A stretch of DNA of 64,000 nt, taken from NCBI GenBank assembly GCA_963741525.1, contig CAVUIW010000002.1:77284-141283 (forward strand), written 5' to 3'. Below are positions 35,927 to 46,100 of this stretch, in pieces. Every line of letters starts with the position of its first letter. Within the stretch, counting starts at the first letter, position 1. The stretch is from an uncultured Alphaproteobacteria bacterium. Lineage in GTDB: Bacteria; Pseudomonadota; Alphaproteobacteria; Rhizobiales; Hyphomicrobiaceae. The position numbers were made by a program, and so were the translations under genes. The notes beneath the pieces were generated by a model. That model was not told the origin of the DNA. It did not search any database and saw nothing but the letters and a program-made list of their open reading frames with translations.

Positions 35927-36748
35927 TCATGCGATGTTTACAAAGCAACTCCCCAGCCTCTCGAACCGCGCTTCGACCATTGCGGGCTCCGCGATGTAGG
36001 TTCCCGGCGAGATCGATCCGAGCGTGACGATGTCGCCGGCCGCGAGCGGCGTGCCGCGCGCCACCAGATGATTGGCGAGCCAGGCGAGCGAGATCAGTGG
36101 ATGGCCGAGGATGTCGCGGACATGGCCCGCAAAGACTTGTTTGCCGTCGACGAGAATCTCTCCGGCGGCGGCGCCGGATGGATCGAGCGAAGCCGCCGGA
36201 TGCTCAGGGCCGATAACGGCGCCCGCCGAGTAGAAGTCGTCAGCGATATGCGTTTCCGCACCCACGGCGCGGACATCCGTGAAGCGGTGCTCGACGATTT
36301 CGATCGAGACGAAGACGGTGGCGATGCCTGGAACCACGCTGTCGCGGTCGTAGCCGCCGGTCTTGCCCGGCAACCCTGCGGCCATCCTGACGCCGACCTC
36401 GCACTCGACTCCGAGATGCCGATAGCCGGCACGGGAGAGGGTTGCGCCGCTCGGATAGATGCGATTGGCGAACAGCGTTCCCGCACACGGAAAGTGAATG
36501 CCGAGCCGCTCCTGCATCACCTTGGCCGTCGCGCCGACCTTGTAGCCGGCGGGTGCACCGAGGCCCTCGGCTATGAATGGCCGTGCGAGTTCCTGGATGG
36601 CATAGGCGACGTCGAGCGTGCGCGGGCGGCAGTCATCGGGAAGGCCGGCGATGGTGTCCGCGCAGTCGTTCCGCCGCAGACGCAGATCAGCGACAATGTG
36701 GGCGGCCTTGTCGATAGCGCTCGCGCTCAAGCTGCCATCAGATGCCAT
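35927..36748 (-). CDS. FAH-superfamily hydratase (2-keto-4-pentenoate hydratase-like)
   Basis: AYAIQ..., GYKVGAT, ECEVGV, and LANHLVARGTPLAAGDIVTLGS at the C-terminus. The start was chosen at MASDGSL. Confidence 0.6.
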   Translation of the reverse strand: MASDGSLSASAIDKAAHIVADLRLRRNDCADTIAGLPDDCRPRTLDVAYAIQELARPFIAEGLGAPAGYKVGATAKVMQERLGIHFPCAGTLFANRIYPSGATLSRAGYRHLGVECEVGVRMAAGLPGKTGGYDRDSVVPGIATVFVSIEIVEHRFTDVRAVGAETHIADDFYSAGAVIGPEHPAASLDPSGAAAGEILVDGKQVFAGHVRDILGHPLISLAWLANHLVARGTPLAAGDIVTLGSISPGTYIAEPAMVEARFERLGSCFVNIA

Positions 36749-36785
36749 CGAACGTCTCCACCAAGCCAAGGGACTGACGATAATG

Positions 36786-38018
36786 CTACTCTGACCCACG
36801 TCGATGGGCGAGCCAGGCCATCGCCCCCTCAGCAGCGGCCACCCCCGTCGCCAGACACGCCTGCAGCAGATAGCCCCCTGTCGGTGCTTCCCAGTCGAGC
36901 ATTTCGCCGGCGAGGAAGACGCCCGGGCGTTTTTTCAGCATCAGACGGCCGTCGAGTTCGTCGTGGCTGACGCCACCAGCGGTCGAGATTGCGCGCTCGA
37001 GGCCGAAAGGTTGCCCGAGTGTCAGCGGTACCGCCTTGACCGCGGCGGCGAGCGCGAATGGCTCGCTTGGGAGCGAGGCGCACATTTCGCGCAAAATGCC
37101 GATTGCAGCCGGTGTCAGGCCGGCCGATTTGCGGAGGCGATTGGCCAGGCTCTCCTTCGATCTTGCCTTCGCGAGCTTGGCGGCGAGCTGATCGAGAGAA
37201 AGATCAGGTCTGAGGTCGATCGTCACCTTCGCCGCGCCTTCACGTACAACGGCATCGCGCAGTCTGCCCGACAGCGCATAGATCGCGCCGCCCTCGATGC
37301 CGCGCGCCGTGATCATCGCCTCGCCCATCACGGTATAGCCGTCCAGCGCGATGCGGATGCGCTTCAGCGGCTGTCCGGCAAAGCGGCTGCGGAAAATCTC
37401 TGACCAGACAACCTCGAAACCCATGTTGGCAGGCGCGAGCGGCGTGACGGTTATGCCGTCTCTGGTAAGAAAGTCCGCAAATCCCCCATCCGAGCCGAGC
37501 CGCGGCCAGCTCGCGCCACCAACCGCCAGGATCGCCGCGTGGTGCAGATGCTCGGCAGGCCCGTCGGGTGTCTCGAAGCAAAGCGCGCCGTCCGCGCCGA
37601 AGCCGATCCAGAGATGCCTGAGCCCCACCTCGACTCCGAGCTCGCGGAGGCGTGCGAGCCAGGCGCGCAACAGCGGTGACGCCTTCATGCGCTTGGGAAA
37701 CACGCGCCCGCTCGAGCCGACGAAGGTCTCGGCGCCGAGCCCGTCGGCCCAGGCGCGCACGGCGTCTGGTGGGAAGGCGCCGAGAATGGGATCAAGCCAG
37801 GCGGACGCGGCGCCGTACCGCGTCAGGAAGGTCGCGAGCGGCTCGGAGTGCGTGAGATTGAGTCCACCACGCCCGGCCATCAGCAGCTTGCGCCCGAGCG
37901 AGGGCATGCGGTCGTAGATCGTGACGCGCTTGCCGGCCCTCGCCAGCACCTCGGCGGCCATCAGGCCCGCGGGGCCGCCGCCGATGATGGCGATGTTTCC
38001 GTACTTGGCATCGTTCAT
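36786..38018 (-). CDS. HI0933/BaiN-like NAD(P)/FAD-binding flavoprotein
   Basis: IAIIGGGPAGLMAAEVLARAG...GRKLLMAGRGGLNLTH. 410 aa. Confidence 0.8.
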   Translation of the reverse strand: MNDAKYGNIAIIGGGPAGLMAAEVLARAGKRVTIYDRMPSLGRKLLMAGRGGLNLTHSEPLATFLTRYGAASAWLDPILGAFPPDAVRAWADGLGAETFVGSSGRVFPKRMKASPLLRAWLARLRELGVEVGLRHLWIGFGADGALCFETPDGPAEHLHHAAILAVGGASWPRLGSDGGFADFLTRDGITVTPLAPANMGFEVVWSEIFRSRFAGQPLKRIRIALDGYTVMGEAMITARGIEGGAIYALSGRLRDAVVREGAAKVTIDLRPDLSLDQLAAKLAKARSKESLANRLRKSAGLTPAAIGILREMCASLPSEPFALAAAVKAVPLTLGQPFGLERAISTAGGVSHDELDGRLMLKKRPGVFLAGEMLDWEAPTGGYLLQACLATGVAAAEGAMAWLAHRRGSE

Positions 38019-38096
38019 GCTAGTGGCCTATTCCACCGCCGCTCGACATTTGCAACCAATCGCTGGGCTGGATCGCCAAGGAACCCCTATCTTGTC

Positions 38097-38233
38097 ATGC
38101 CTGCGGAGGCAGGCATCCATCCAAGCTTGTTTGCTCCAGGTTAGCGCCGGGTGGCGAGCTCAAGTCTTCGCTGATGGCTGTTTGGATTCCGGCACATCAT
38201 GGCGGAGCCATGCTCCGCATGGACGCCGGAATG
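38097..38233. repeat. Cluster of GC-rich intergenic hairpins
   Basis: atgcctgcggaggcaggcat at 38097-38116, and attccggc...catggcggagccatgctccgcatg...gccggaat at 38186-38232. Confidence 0.4.
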
Positions 38234-38313
38234 ACGGGTTTGAGATACCGCTCGAAAACCAAAGGCCCGAGACGATGCCGTCCCGGGCCTCCGCAGATCA
38301 GCTTCAAGCAGAC

Positions 38314-39468
38314 TCACTCGTCCGTGAACGGGCCGATGACCAGCTGCTCGATCTTCATCCAGTTGGCGAGCTGGGCGTAGTTCAAGCCGACCGCCTTTAG
38401 ATCATAAGTGATGACGGAAAGGGTCGGGCCGACGCAACCCTCCTTGCCTTCCTCGTCCTTCACCGTCCGGCAGTTGTCCTCGACGTCCTGGAAGTAGACG
38501 CGGCCGTAGATGCCGGGCTTCGTCTGGTCCTCGGTCGAGAAGAAGGCGTCGACCTCGGCATCGCTGTTCTCGCCGTCGAAGAAGGCTTCGTCCGCCTTCG
38601 CCTGGGTCTCGTTGAAGCGCAGGCTGTAGTCGTAGTAACCGGTATAGGGGATCGACTTGCCGTCGACCTGGGCCGTGCCCTCTTCCTCCGCGAAACGGAT
38701 CGAGCCGGCGATCTTGTCGATCTGCGCCGCGTCGCCGACCTTGTAGGTGAGCTCGATGCCGGCGTTGTCGGTCAGCCAGTTGCCGAGCTCGTAGTCGTAG
38801 TCGAGGCTGCCGCGGACCGTCGTGTCCGGCAGATAGCTGAAGGGGCCGGCGGCCAGCACCAGTCCGTCGAAGCCGAGTGGGTCGGCGTTCTTCACCTGGA
38901 TGGTGATGACCTTGCCGTCGACGACGCGGGAGTAGGCCTTGGCGGCCTGGTTCTTCGCCTTGGCGAGCTGCTCCTTGATTTCCCACCAGCGCGTGACCTC
39001 GCGGCCCTTCAGAACGCCGCCGAAGTTGGCGGACGTCTTCGTACCCTTGACGATGTCGATGCGAAGCTTGCCGTTGCCGGGCAGATAACGGCCGGCCTCG
39101 TCGATCAACACGTCGCCGCGCAGGATGGCCACGTCCTTGGCGATCTTGGTGCGGTCTTTCGGATTGTTGACGTCGAACTTGACGCTGTAGGCGAGGCTCT
39201 TCTCGGGCGTGCGCTGGATGGTGCCGGTCATGATCATGAGATCGGCGACTTTGAGGCCGTTGATCGTGTAGACATCGATGCCGGTGGCGCCACTGGCGCG
39301 CCGCGAGCCGAAATCGGCGACGATCTGGCCGGTCACCCGGTTCTGCCCCTCGGTGATCGGCTGTAAGCCGGGACTGGTCTGGGCGTTGGCGGGAAAGGTC
39401 GAGATGGCGAGCAAAGCAGCAACACCAGCTGCCTTCGGCAACCGGTACGACGACAACGGATAGGTCAT
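38314..39468 (-). CDS. Secreted protein of unknown function
   Basis: The signal peptide is MTYPLSSYRLPKAAGVAALLAISTFPANA-QT. About 384 aa and acidic. No motif recognised. Confidence 0.55.
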   Translation of the reverse strand: MTYPLSSYRLPKAAGVAALLAISTFPANAQTSPGLQPITEGQNRVTGQIVADFGSRRASGATGIDVYTINGLKVADLMIMTGTIQRTPEKSLAYSVKFDVNNPKDRTKIAKDVAILRGDVLIDEAGRYLPGNGKLRIDIVKGTKTSANFGGVLKGREVTRWWEIKEQLAKAKNQAAKAYSRVVDGKVITIQVKNADPLGFDGLVLAAGPFSYLPDTTVRGSLDYDYELGNWLTDNAGIELTYKVGDAAQIDKIAGSIRFAEEEGTAQVDGKSIPYTGYYDYSLRFNETQAKADEAFFDGENSDAEVDAFFSTEDQTKPGIYGRVYFQDVEDNCRTVKDEEGKEGCVGPTLSVITYDLKAVGLNYAQLANWMKIEQLVIGPFTDE

Positions 39469-39559
39469 GGGAATCTCCGTCAAGCGGTCAGCGGCATCGG
39501 GCCGCCCGCGCCGCGATAGATGGTGTGCGCTGACGGCTTTGTGAAGGGAGGCACCGGTG

Positions 39560-39638
39560 ATCAGGCATCAGGCATCGGGCATCAGGAGGTTAAAATCTCA
39601 CTTGATGCCCGATGCCCGGCGCCCGATGTCCGATGCGG
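39560..39638. repeat. Inverted arrays of tandem heptamers: 4 x ATCRGGC, a 16-nt spacer, then 5 x GATGCCC-like units
   Basis: Left array: atcaggc atcaggc atcgggc atcagga (39560-39587). Right array: gatgccc gatgccc ggcgccc gatgtcc gatgcgg (39604-39638). The arrays lie in the divergent intergenic region. Confidence 0.75.
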
Positions 39639-39742
39639 CTCGAGCACATAGTCTCTCATTCGCCACGCGCAGGATAGCAGTTTTGCTGCTCTTGCTTGAC
39701 GGGAGGCTGCCAATCGCGCCATGGCGGGCGGAATTGAACGAT

Positions 39743-40651
39743 ATGAGAACCACCTTGCCCCGGTCCGCCTACCTCGCCGCAGATGGTTTCGTGTCCGAGC
39801 TCCTCGAGGAGCTTGGGCGTGTGGATGCAACCGTGCATGGGCGGCTCGTGGTGTCGGAGCAGGAGCCGCAGCCGATGGCCTGGGCGGCGAATGCGTGGCT
39901 CGAACCGCAATTGCTGCCCATCGCCTCCATCAAGGATGCGGCTCGGCAGCTGAAGGCCATCCAGCGAAATTGGTCGCTCTACTCCTTCGATCACCATCGC
40001 CGCGCCGCGCTCATTCAATCAGAGCTGCCGCATGTGAGCGCCAAGCCGCTCGTTTTCGGCGAGCCGGCGCCGAAGGCTCCGCTCGGTGCGTTTACCTTGC
40101 TGGAGCCCAATCTGGTGCTCGCCTCGTCGCGTTGCTCGAGTCCGTTCCCCAATGGCGAGGCGGGCTTCATCGAGGACAAAGCCGGGCCGCCCAACCGGGC
40201 CTACCTCAAACTCTGGGAGGCGCTGACCGTGATCGGCGTGCAGCCCCAACCCGGCGAGCTTTGCCTCGATCTCGGCGCGAGCCCCGGTGGCTGGACCTGG
40301 GTGCTGGCGGGCCTTGGCGCCCAGGTCATCGCCGTCGACAAGGCACCACTCGATCCGAAGATCGCCGCGATGCCGGGCGTCACCGAGCGGCGCGAGAGCG
40401 CCTTCGGCCTTGATCCGAAGTCCGCCGGTCCGGTCGATTGGCTGTTCTCGGACGTGATCTGCTATCCTTCACGACTGTTGGCGTTGGTCCAGCGTTGGAT
40501 GGACGCTGGCGCCGCGCGGCGTTTCGTGTGCACTGTCAAATTTCAAGGCGAGACGGATTTCGATGCCGTTCGCGCCTTCAAGGCCATTCCGGGATCCCGG
40601 CTGATGCATCTCAATCACAACAAGCACGAGCTGACCTGGGTGAAGCTGTGA
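39743..40651 (+). CDS. FtsJ/RlmM-like SAM-dependent rRNA 2'-O-methyltransferase
   Basis: LDLGASPGGWTWVL, WLFSDVICYP and CTVKFQG motifs. The start is uncertain; an ATG at 39605 lies inside the heptamer array. Confidence 0.6.
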   Translation: MRTTLPRSAYLAADGFVSELLEELGRVDATVHGRLVVSEQEPQPMAWAANAWLEPQLLPIASIKDAARQLKAIQRNWSLYSFDHHRRAALIQSELPHVSAKPLVFGEPAPKAPLGAFTLLEPNLVLASSRCSSPFPNGEAGFIEDKAGPPNRAYLKLWEALTVIGVQPQPGELCLDLGASPGGWTWVLAGLGAQVIAVDKAPLDPKIAAMPGVTERRESAFGLDPKSAGPVDWLFSDVICYPSRLLALVQRWMDAGAARRFVCTVKFQGETDFDAVRAFKAIPGSRLMHLNHNKHELTWVKL

Positions 40652-41439
40652 AGAAGCGTCCGCCACCAAGATCAGGCCGAGGCCGGCCCGCCGCCATGGC
40701 GGACGAGCGCAAGCTTCGCCGCGTCGCCGGGATCGCTTCCGTGACGGCGCTGTTCGAGCGTGCGCCCGAGACGGTGACGCGCCTCATGTTGTCCGAGGAG
40801 ATGAAGCAGTCAGCCAATCCGTTCTGCCTGGAGCTGACCAAGGCGCGCAAGCAGTTCCGCCTCGCCAGTCAGGCCGAGTTGACGCGGATCGCCGGCACGC
40901 CGATGCATGGCGGCATCGTCGCGCTTGCCGAGCCGCGTCCGGTCAGACCATTCGACCTCGGCGAGGCCCAGCGCTGGGCGCGGACGAGGGCGCCGCTCCT
41001 GATGCTCGATGGCGTTTCGAACCCCCACAATCTGGGCGCCATCGCCCGCACCGCCGCCTTCTTCGGCATCGAGCGGATCGTGCTCTCGGACCACCCCCAG
41101 CAGGCGATGCCGTCGGATGCGAGCGCGCGTGTCGCCGAAGGCGGGCTCGAGATCATCGAGGTCTATCGGGCGCACCGCTTTGCCGATGTTCTGCTGCGGC
41201 TCAAACCCTACTACCGGATCGTGGCGAGTGCGCTCGAGCGGGGATTTCCGGTCGAGGACGTCAAGCTCGACGACCGGCCGCTGGCGATCCTGGTCGGCAA
41301 TGAGGAGGCGGGGCTCGGCAAGGCGACGCTCGATGCCGCCGAAACGATCGTCACCATTCCGGGCTCGGGCGCCGTGCAATCGCTCAACGTGGCCTCGGCC
41401 ACTGCGATCCTCATTCACACGCTGTTGCTCCGACGGTAG
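40648..41439 (+). CDS. TrmH/SpoU-family RNA 2'-O-methyltransferase
   Basis: LDGVSNPHNLGAIARTAAFFG, LVGNEEAGL and IPGSGAVQSLNVASATAILIH. The GTG overlaps the upstream stop (GTGA). An alternative ATG lies at 40696. Confidence 0.8.
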   Translation: MKKRPPPRSGRGRPAAMADERKLRRVAGIASVTALFERAPETVTRLMLSEEMKQSANPFCLELTKARKQFRLASQAELTRIAGTPMHGGIVALAEPRPVRPFDLGEAQRWARTRAPLLMLDGVSNPHNLGAIARTAAFFGIERIVLSDHPQQAMPSDASARVAEGGLEIIEVYRAHRFADVLLRLKPYYRIVASALERGFPVEDVKLDDRPLAILVGNEEAGLGKATLDAAETIVTIPGSGAVQSLNVASATAILIHTLLLRR

Positions 41440-41615
41440 ACGCTTGCCGAGCGTTGGCCGGAATCTGCGAGTGGGCACACGAGTAGCGCTTTGAGGCCTC
41501 CACAAGTCTCCCCATTTTGCGTCCCCGGCCGCAGCGTGGCCGGCCTCGCCGGACGCGCGTAGAGCCGGGGTCTTCAGCATAATGTGGCAAGCACAGTGGA
41601 CCCGGCGGCGAGAGT

Positions 41616-41662
41616 CGAAGATCCCGGATAGCCGCGCCGGGGCGCGGCTTCCGGGAACGCAA
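41616..41662 (-). repeat. 47-nt GC-rich hairpin repeat, copy 2
   Basis: cgaagatcccggatagccgcgccggggcgcggcttccgggaacgcaa is the reverse complement of 24401-24447, differing at only a few positions in the central loop. Confidence 0.75.
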
Positions 41663-42042
41663 GAGGAGGGGGACGCGCTCGGCCGAGAGCCGCCAAGCGC
41701 CCAGGCCGGGCGGAGACATGTCCGGCGCCGGACACGCCTCCGCCCTTCCGCCCGCGACGGCCTTGGACTTATTGACGATGTCAAACAGCGGACGTCCGTC
41801 CGGCGCACCCAGCGGCCGATCGAGGTCATGGGCGGAAGTGTAAGGTCGCCCGACACTGCGGGGATTACTTTTTTTCAGATGGTTACCAGGGTGTGGTGTA
41901 CCGGGAGACCGATCCTCCCCATCAGGCGATCGCCGCCACTTTCCGCACCGATCCGCACGTCTATGCCGAACTTGCCCGGTTCACGCCGGAGGCTTCGTCA
42001 GGCACGCTTTGCCTGCGAAGTTGTGAGAGGGAGCGCGCGACC

Positions 42043-43198
42043 AATGCCGAACGAACAAGCCGATTTCGACCTCATCGTCGTCGGCGCGAGCTTCGCGGGG
42101 CTGGTCGCTGCCAGGACGGCGGCGATGCGCGGCTTGCGAGTGGCGGTCGTCGAGGCGAAGCCGTCTGCCGGCTCACGGGTGGCAACGACGGGCATCCTCG
42201 TCAAGGAAGCCGCCGAGGAGCTCGATTTGCCGCACGGCCTGACACGTCGCGTCCACGGCGTCCGGCTCTATGCGCCCAATCTGAAGTCGATCGATCTCTT
42301 CGCGCCGGGCTATTTCTTTTTGACGACCCGCACGGGTGCACTGCTCGACTGGCTCGCGGGCGATGCGCTCAGAGGTGGCGTCAGGCTCTACTTCGGACAT
42401 CGTTTCACGGGCGCGGAGCGGCGAGGCGACCTCATCCATCTCGGCGGTCTCGACCTGTCCTGCCGCTATCTGATCGGTGCCGACGGCGCGCGCTCGGCCG
42501 TAGCGCGAGCCTTCAGCCTCGGCCGCAACACGCGATTTCTCACCGGCGTCGAGGCCGAGTATGACGGTCTCGGCAAGGTCGATCCTCGGTTTCTGCATTG
42601 CTTCATCGATAGCCGCCTGGCGCCAGGCTATCTCGCCTGGGTTGCGCCGGGTCCGGCGGTGACGCAGGTGGGCTTGGCGACGAATGGATCGGTCAAGCCC
42701 GATCTCGAACGCTTTCGATCAAAGACGCGCGGCCTGTTCGATTTCGAGGCTGGACGCATCGTCGAGCGCCGCTCAGGCCGGATTCCTGTGGGTGGGCTGG
42801 TCCGGCCCTTCGCGGCGCCGGGCGTGCTCCTCATCGGCGATGCCGCCGGTCACGTCTCGCCAGCGACCGGCGGCGGCATTCGCCTCGCCTTCCATTTCGG
42901 CCGCCGGGCCGGCCAGCTCATCGCCGACCACTTGATCCATCTGGGCCCGCCACCGGAAGCGATCCTCGATCGTGAGCTGCCGAGCCTTGCTTTGAAGAGC
43001 GTCTTTCGCGGTTTGCTCGACTTGGCCCCCGCGAATTCGTTGATTGATCTCGGCCTCGCCACCGCCCCGATGCGCCGGATCGCCGAGCACATCTACTTCC
43101 ACCGCCGCCGCAGTGGCCGCATGTCGTTCGGCGAGTTCTCGGCCGCTATAGAGCGGGTTCAGACCGACCGGAATCAAGAACCCGCTCTAGATTCTTGA
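42043..43198 (+). CDS. FAD-dependent oxidoreductase (geranylgeranyl-reductase-like)
   Basis: DLIVVGASFAGLVAARTAA is a GxGxxG motif, with GDAAGHVSPATGGGI downstream. The last ~16 codons (ERVQTDRNQEPALDS) and the TGA stop lie inside repeat copy D. Confidence 0.75.
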
Positions 43199-43252
43199 TT
43201 TTGAGCACGTTCTTACGGCGAACCGGTCTCCACTTCGCCTGAACGTGCTCTC
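43149..43252 (-). repeat. CTAG-delimited double-hairpin intergenic repeat, copy D
   Basis: Reverse complement of copy B with few mismatches. It lies between the convergent FAD-oxidoreductase and bolA genes. Confidence 0.8.
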
Positions 43253-43276
43253 GAGCGAAATCACAGCGAGATGCGC

Positions 43277-43537
43277 TCAGGTCCCCTCGGCCTTGATGGC
43301 GAGCGCGTGAATGGGGCCGGCTAGCTCGTCTTTCAGCACTTCGTTGATCAGCCGGTGGCACTCGACCCGGGACTTGCCCGCGAAGCCGCCGGCCACGATA
43401 TGCACGCGGAAATGGCTTTCACCCGTGCCCGGCGAGCCATGATGGCCGTGATGCAGGTGCAACTCGTTGATCACATCGAGCTTGGCCGGCTGGAATGCGG
43501 CGGTCAGCTTCGTGCGAATGTCGGCCTCGACAGACAT
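43277..43537 (-). CDS. bolA: BolA-family protein
   Basis: MSVEADIRTKLTAAFQPAKLDVINELHLHHGH...FRVHIVAGGFAGKSRVECHRLINEVL. Confidence 0.85.
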   Translation of the reverse strand: MSVEADIRTKLTAAFQPAKLDVINELHLHHGHHGSPGTGESHFRVHIVAGGFAGKSRVECHRLINEVLKDELAGPIHALAIKAEGT

Positions 43538-43652
43538 TAACGTGCCCCTCATCTGATTTCGGTGATAGTTGATGGTTGCGGTATGGCCGTGATGCAACGG
43601 ACGGCCTGCCCCGGCTTGTCGTTGCGGCTGGAACTCCACATACTTAGTGAAC

Positions 43653-44271
43653 ATGAAGCTCGATTCAAAATACTTCGAACTCGATCCGCAGCCGCTCCAC
43701 CGCGGCGAAACCGGCGGCGCCCCGGCATGCGCCCTGCAATTGGCCGGGTTGCGAGTTGGTAGGCGAGTTTCGCGCGCCGCAGGGCCGAGGCCGGGAGGGT
43801 AAGTTCTTCCTGTTCTGCCTTGCGCACGTGCGCGAGTACAACAACACCTACAACTACTTCTCGGGCATGAGCGATGCCGAGGTGGCGGCCTTCCAGAAGT
43901 CCGCCCTCACCGGACACCGGCCGACCTGGGCGATGGGTGCGCGCGCGGCCGGCGAAGACCCCGGAGAGCGCCTCAGGGCCGCGGCTGGGCAGTTCGCGCA
44001 GCAGGACCCCTTCAATCTCTTTCCCGACGGACCAGGCACCGCGAAATCCGCCGATGATCCCGCGCGAAAGCCCGTGGGCAAGCTCGCCCGCAAGGCGCTC
44101 GCCGATCTGCATCTCGAGCCAGGCGCCACGAAGCCCGAGATCAAGGCCCAGTTCAAGGCTTTGGTTAAGCGACACCATCCGGATGCGAATGGCGGGGATA
44201 CCGGATCCGAGGACCGGTTGCGCGAGATCATCCAAGCCTATAATTACCTGAAGCAAGCGGGGCTGTGCTGA
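43653..44271 (+). pseudogene. J-domain (DnaJ-like) protein with a CxWPGC...FC..H motif; apparent frameshift after codon 9
   Basis: ATG 43653 gives MKLDSKYFE, then the frame goes off. The frame of ORF 43756..44271, extended upstream, reads SIRSRSTAAKPAAPRHAPCNWPGCELVGEFRAPQGRGREGKFFLFCLAHVREYN and has no start codon before the TTG at 43756. The C-terminal J domain contains HHPDANGG. The break lies near 43677-43683. Confidence 0.55.
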
Positions 44272-44346
44272 TCTGCCTCGCGCCGGTCCGCAGGGCCGGG
44301 TGCTAGCCTTTCCCGACGCCAACGATCCCCATTTGGAACGCGCCAG

Positions 44347-45336
44347 ATGTCAAACGCGACTGCAAGCGGCACGCCCGGCATGCCGGATATGAAGGTTTCT
44401 GTTCGGCAGGTCTTCGGCATCGATAGCGATTTCGAGGTGCCGGCCTACTCGAAGTCCGACGCGCACGTGCCCGATTTCGATCCGGACTACCTGTTCGACA
44501 AGCAGACGACCTTGGCCATCCTCGCTGGTTTCGCCTACAACCGGCGCGTCATGGTGTCGGGCTATCACGGCACCGGCAAGTCGACGCATATCGAGCAGGT
44601 TGCGGCGCGCCTCAACTGGCCCTGCATCCGCGTCAACCTCGACAGCCATGTGAGCCGCATCGACCTGATCGGCAAGGACGCCATCGTCGTCAAGGACGGC
44701 AAGCAGATCACCGAGTTCCGCGAGGGCATCCTGCCCTATTGCCTGCAGACCAACACGGCGCTCTGCTTCGACGAGTACGATGCGGGCCGGCCGGACGTCA
44801 TGTTCGTCATTCAGCGCGTGCTCGAGACCTCGGGCAAGCTGACGCTGCTCGACCAATCGAAGGTTATCCGCCCGCACCCGGCCTTCCGGCTGTTCTCGAC
44901 CACCAACACCATCGGTCTCGGCGACACCTCGGGCCTCTATCACGGCACGCAACAGATCAACCAGGGCCAGATGGACCGCTGGTCGATCGTGACGACGTTG
45001 AACTATCTGCCGCACGACGCCGAGGTGAAGATCGTCCTATCGAAGGTGAAGAGCTTCAACAAGAAGAACCGCCAGGGCATCGTCTCGAACATGGTGCGCG
45101 TCGCCGATCTGACACGCAACGCCTTCATGAACGGCGATCTGTCGACCGTCATGAGCCCGCGCACCGTCATCACTTGGGCCGAGAATGCCGACATCTTCAG
45201 CGACGTCGGCTTCGCCTTCCGGATGACCTTCCTCAACAAGTGCGACGAGCTCGAGCGGCCCTTGGTCGCGGAGTTCTATCAGCGTTGCTTCGGCGAGGAG
45301 CTGCCGGAGAGCGCGGTCAATGTCGCGCTGAGCTGA
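44347..45336 (+). CDS. cobS: Cobaltochelatase subunit CobS-type AAA+ (MoxR-like) ATPase
   Basis: [33 protein letters not shown] and [14 protein letters not shown]. 329 aa. Confidence 0.9.
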   Translation: MSNATASGTPGMPDMKVSVRQVFGIDSDFEVPAYSKSDAHVPDFDPDYLFDKQTTLAILAGFAYNRRVMVSGYHGTGKSTHIEQVAARLNWPCIRVNLDSHVSRIDLIGKDAIVVKDGKQITEFREGILPYCLQTNTALCFDEYDAGRPDVMFVIQRVLETSGKLTLLDQSKVIRPHPAFRLFSTTNTIGLGDTSGLYHGTQQINQGQMDRWSIVTTLNYLPHDAEVKIVLSKVKSFNKKNRQGIVSNMVRVADLTRNAFMNGDLSTVMSPRTVITWAENADIFSDVGFAFRMTFLNKCDELERPLVAEFYQRCFGEELPESAVNVALS

Positions 45337-45369
45337 CAGCGGCTTCCGGAACGATCAAGGAGATGTGCG

Positions 45370-46100
45370 ATGGCGTCGCCGCTCCTCAGATTTCACACCA
45401 AGCTCGCCGAGCTTAGGGGCATGAAGCCGCTGACCGAGCCGCCGCCCCGCTATGCCGAGTGGATCGACTTCTGCTTCGGCCGGCTGCATCGGTTGGGCGC
45501 TGGGGCCGACCTTTGGGATGAGCGATTGAGCCATGACTACATAGACCTGACAGATGAGGAACTCGTTCCGCTCTTCGAGGTGACCATGCGCCGCTCGGGA
45601 GCTGACTTGGCGCCGTTTCCCGACGAGGCCGTCGGCGGTGGCCTTTCGCTGATCTTGAACGGCGCTCTGTCCGATTTCGGTCATCGCATTCGCAGTGGAC
45701 GGGTGGCCACCGAGCGCAAGGTGAATGCCATCGCAGCAATGAAGTCGCTTTACGACGATGTTCTGACACCACGGGCCCGCCGTGCCTCGGGCATCTGAAC
45801 GAGACCGGACACGATCGCCTTTCCATGTTCTGTTACATGCTGTGGGACGTCACCGGACTCGCCTATTGGTCAGAGGGCGACGAGGCGGACGCCGTGCCTC
45901 AAGCGATCCTCGATGTGCTGGAGCACGCACTCCTGAGCACGAACGATGCGGTTATCGAAAGTGGCCTGCACGGGATTGGCCATCGGGCCTCGCCCGAGCG
46001 AGCCAAGCAGGCAGTCGGCAAGCTCCTCGCGCGACGACCCGATCTAAGGCCGGAGCTCAAGAAGTACGCCGAGGCCTGTTCCCAGGGTTGCATCCTGTGA
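45370..46100 (+). pseudogene. Hypothetical protein, probably one gene split by a frameshift near 45770-45800
   Basis: ORF 45370..45798 ends ...YDDVLTPRARRASGI. The frame of ORF 45825..46100 is open upstream through ...TTGPPCLGHLNETGHDRLSMFCYMLWD. The overlap runs through a cgggcccgccg tract. Confidence 0.4.

Noticed and set aside
39560-39638. Possible CRISPR-like or other spaced repeat array
   Set aside because: The units are contiguous 7-mers without spacers and no cas genes are nearby (vapD is Cas2-like only in fold). I kept it as a heptamer inverted-array observation instead. No CRISPR array was seen anywhere in the window.
44272-44346. Looked for a cobalamin riboswitch or other leader upstream of cobS/cobT, and for riboswitch-like leaders elsewhere
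   Set aside because: The spacers are short and I could not recognise conserved riboswitch cores by eye. A covariance-model scan (Rfam/Infernal) would be needed to exclude them.
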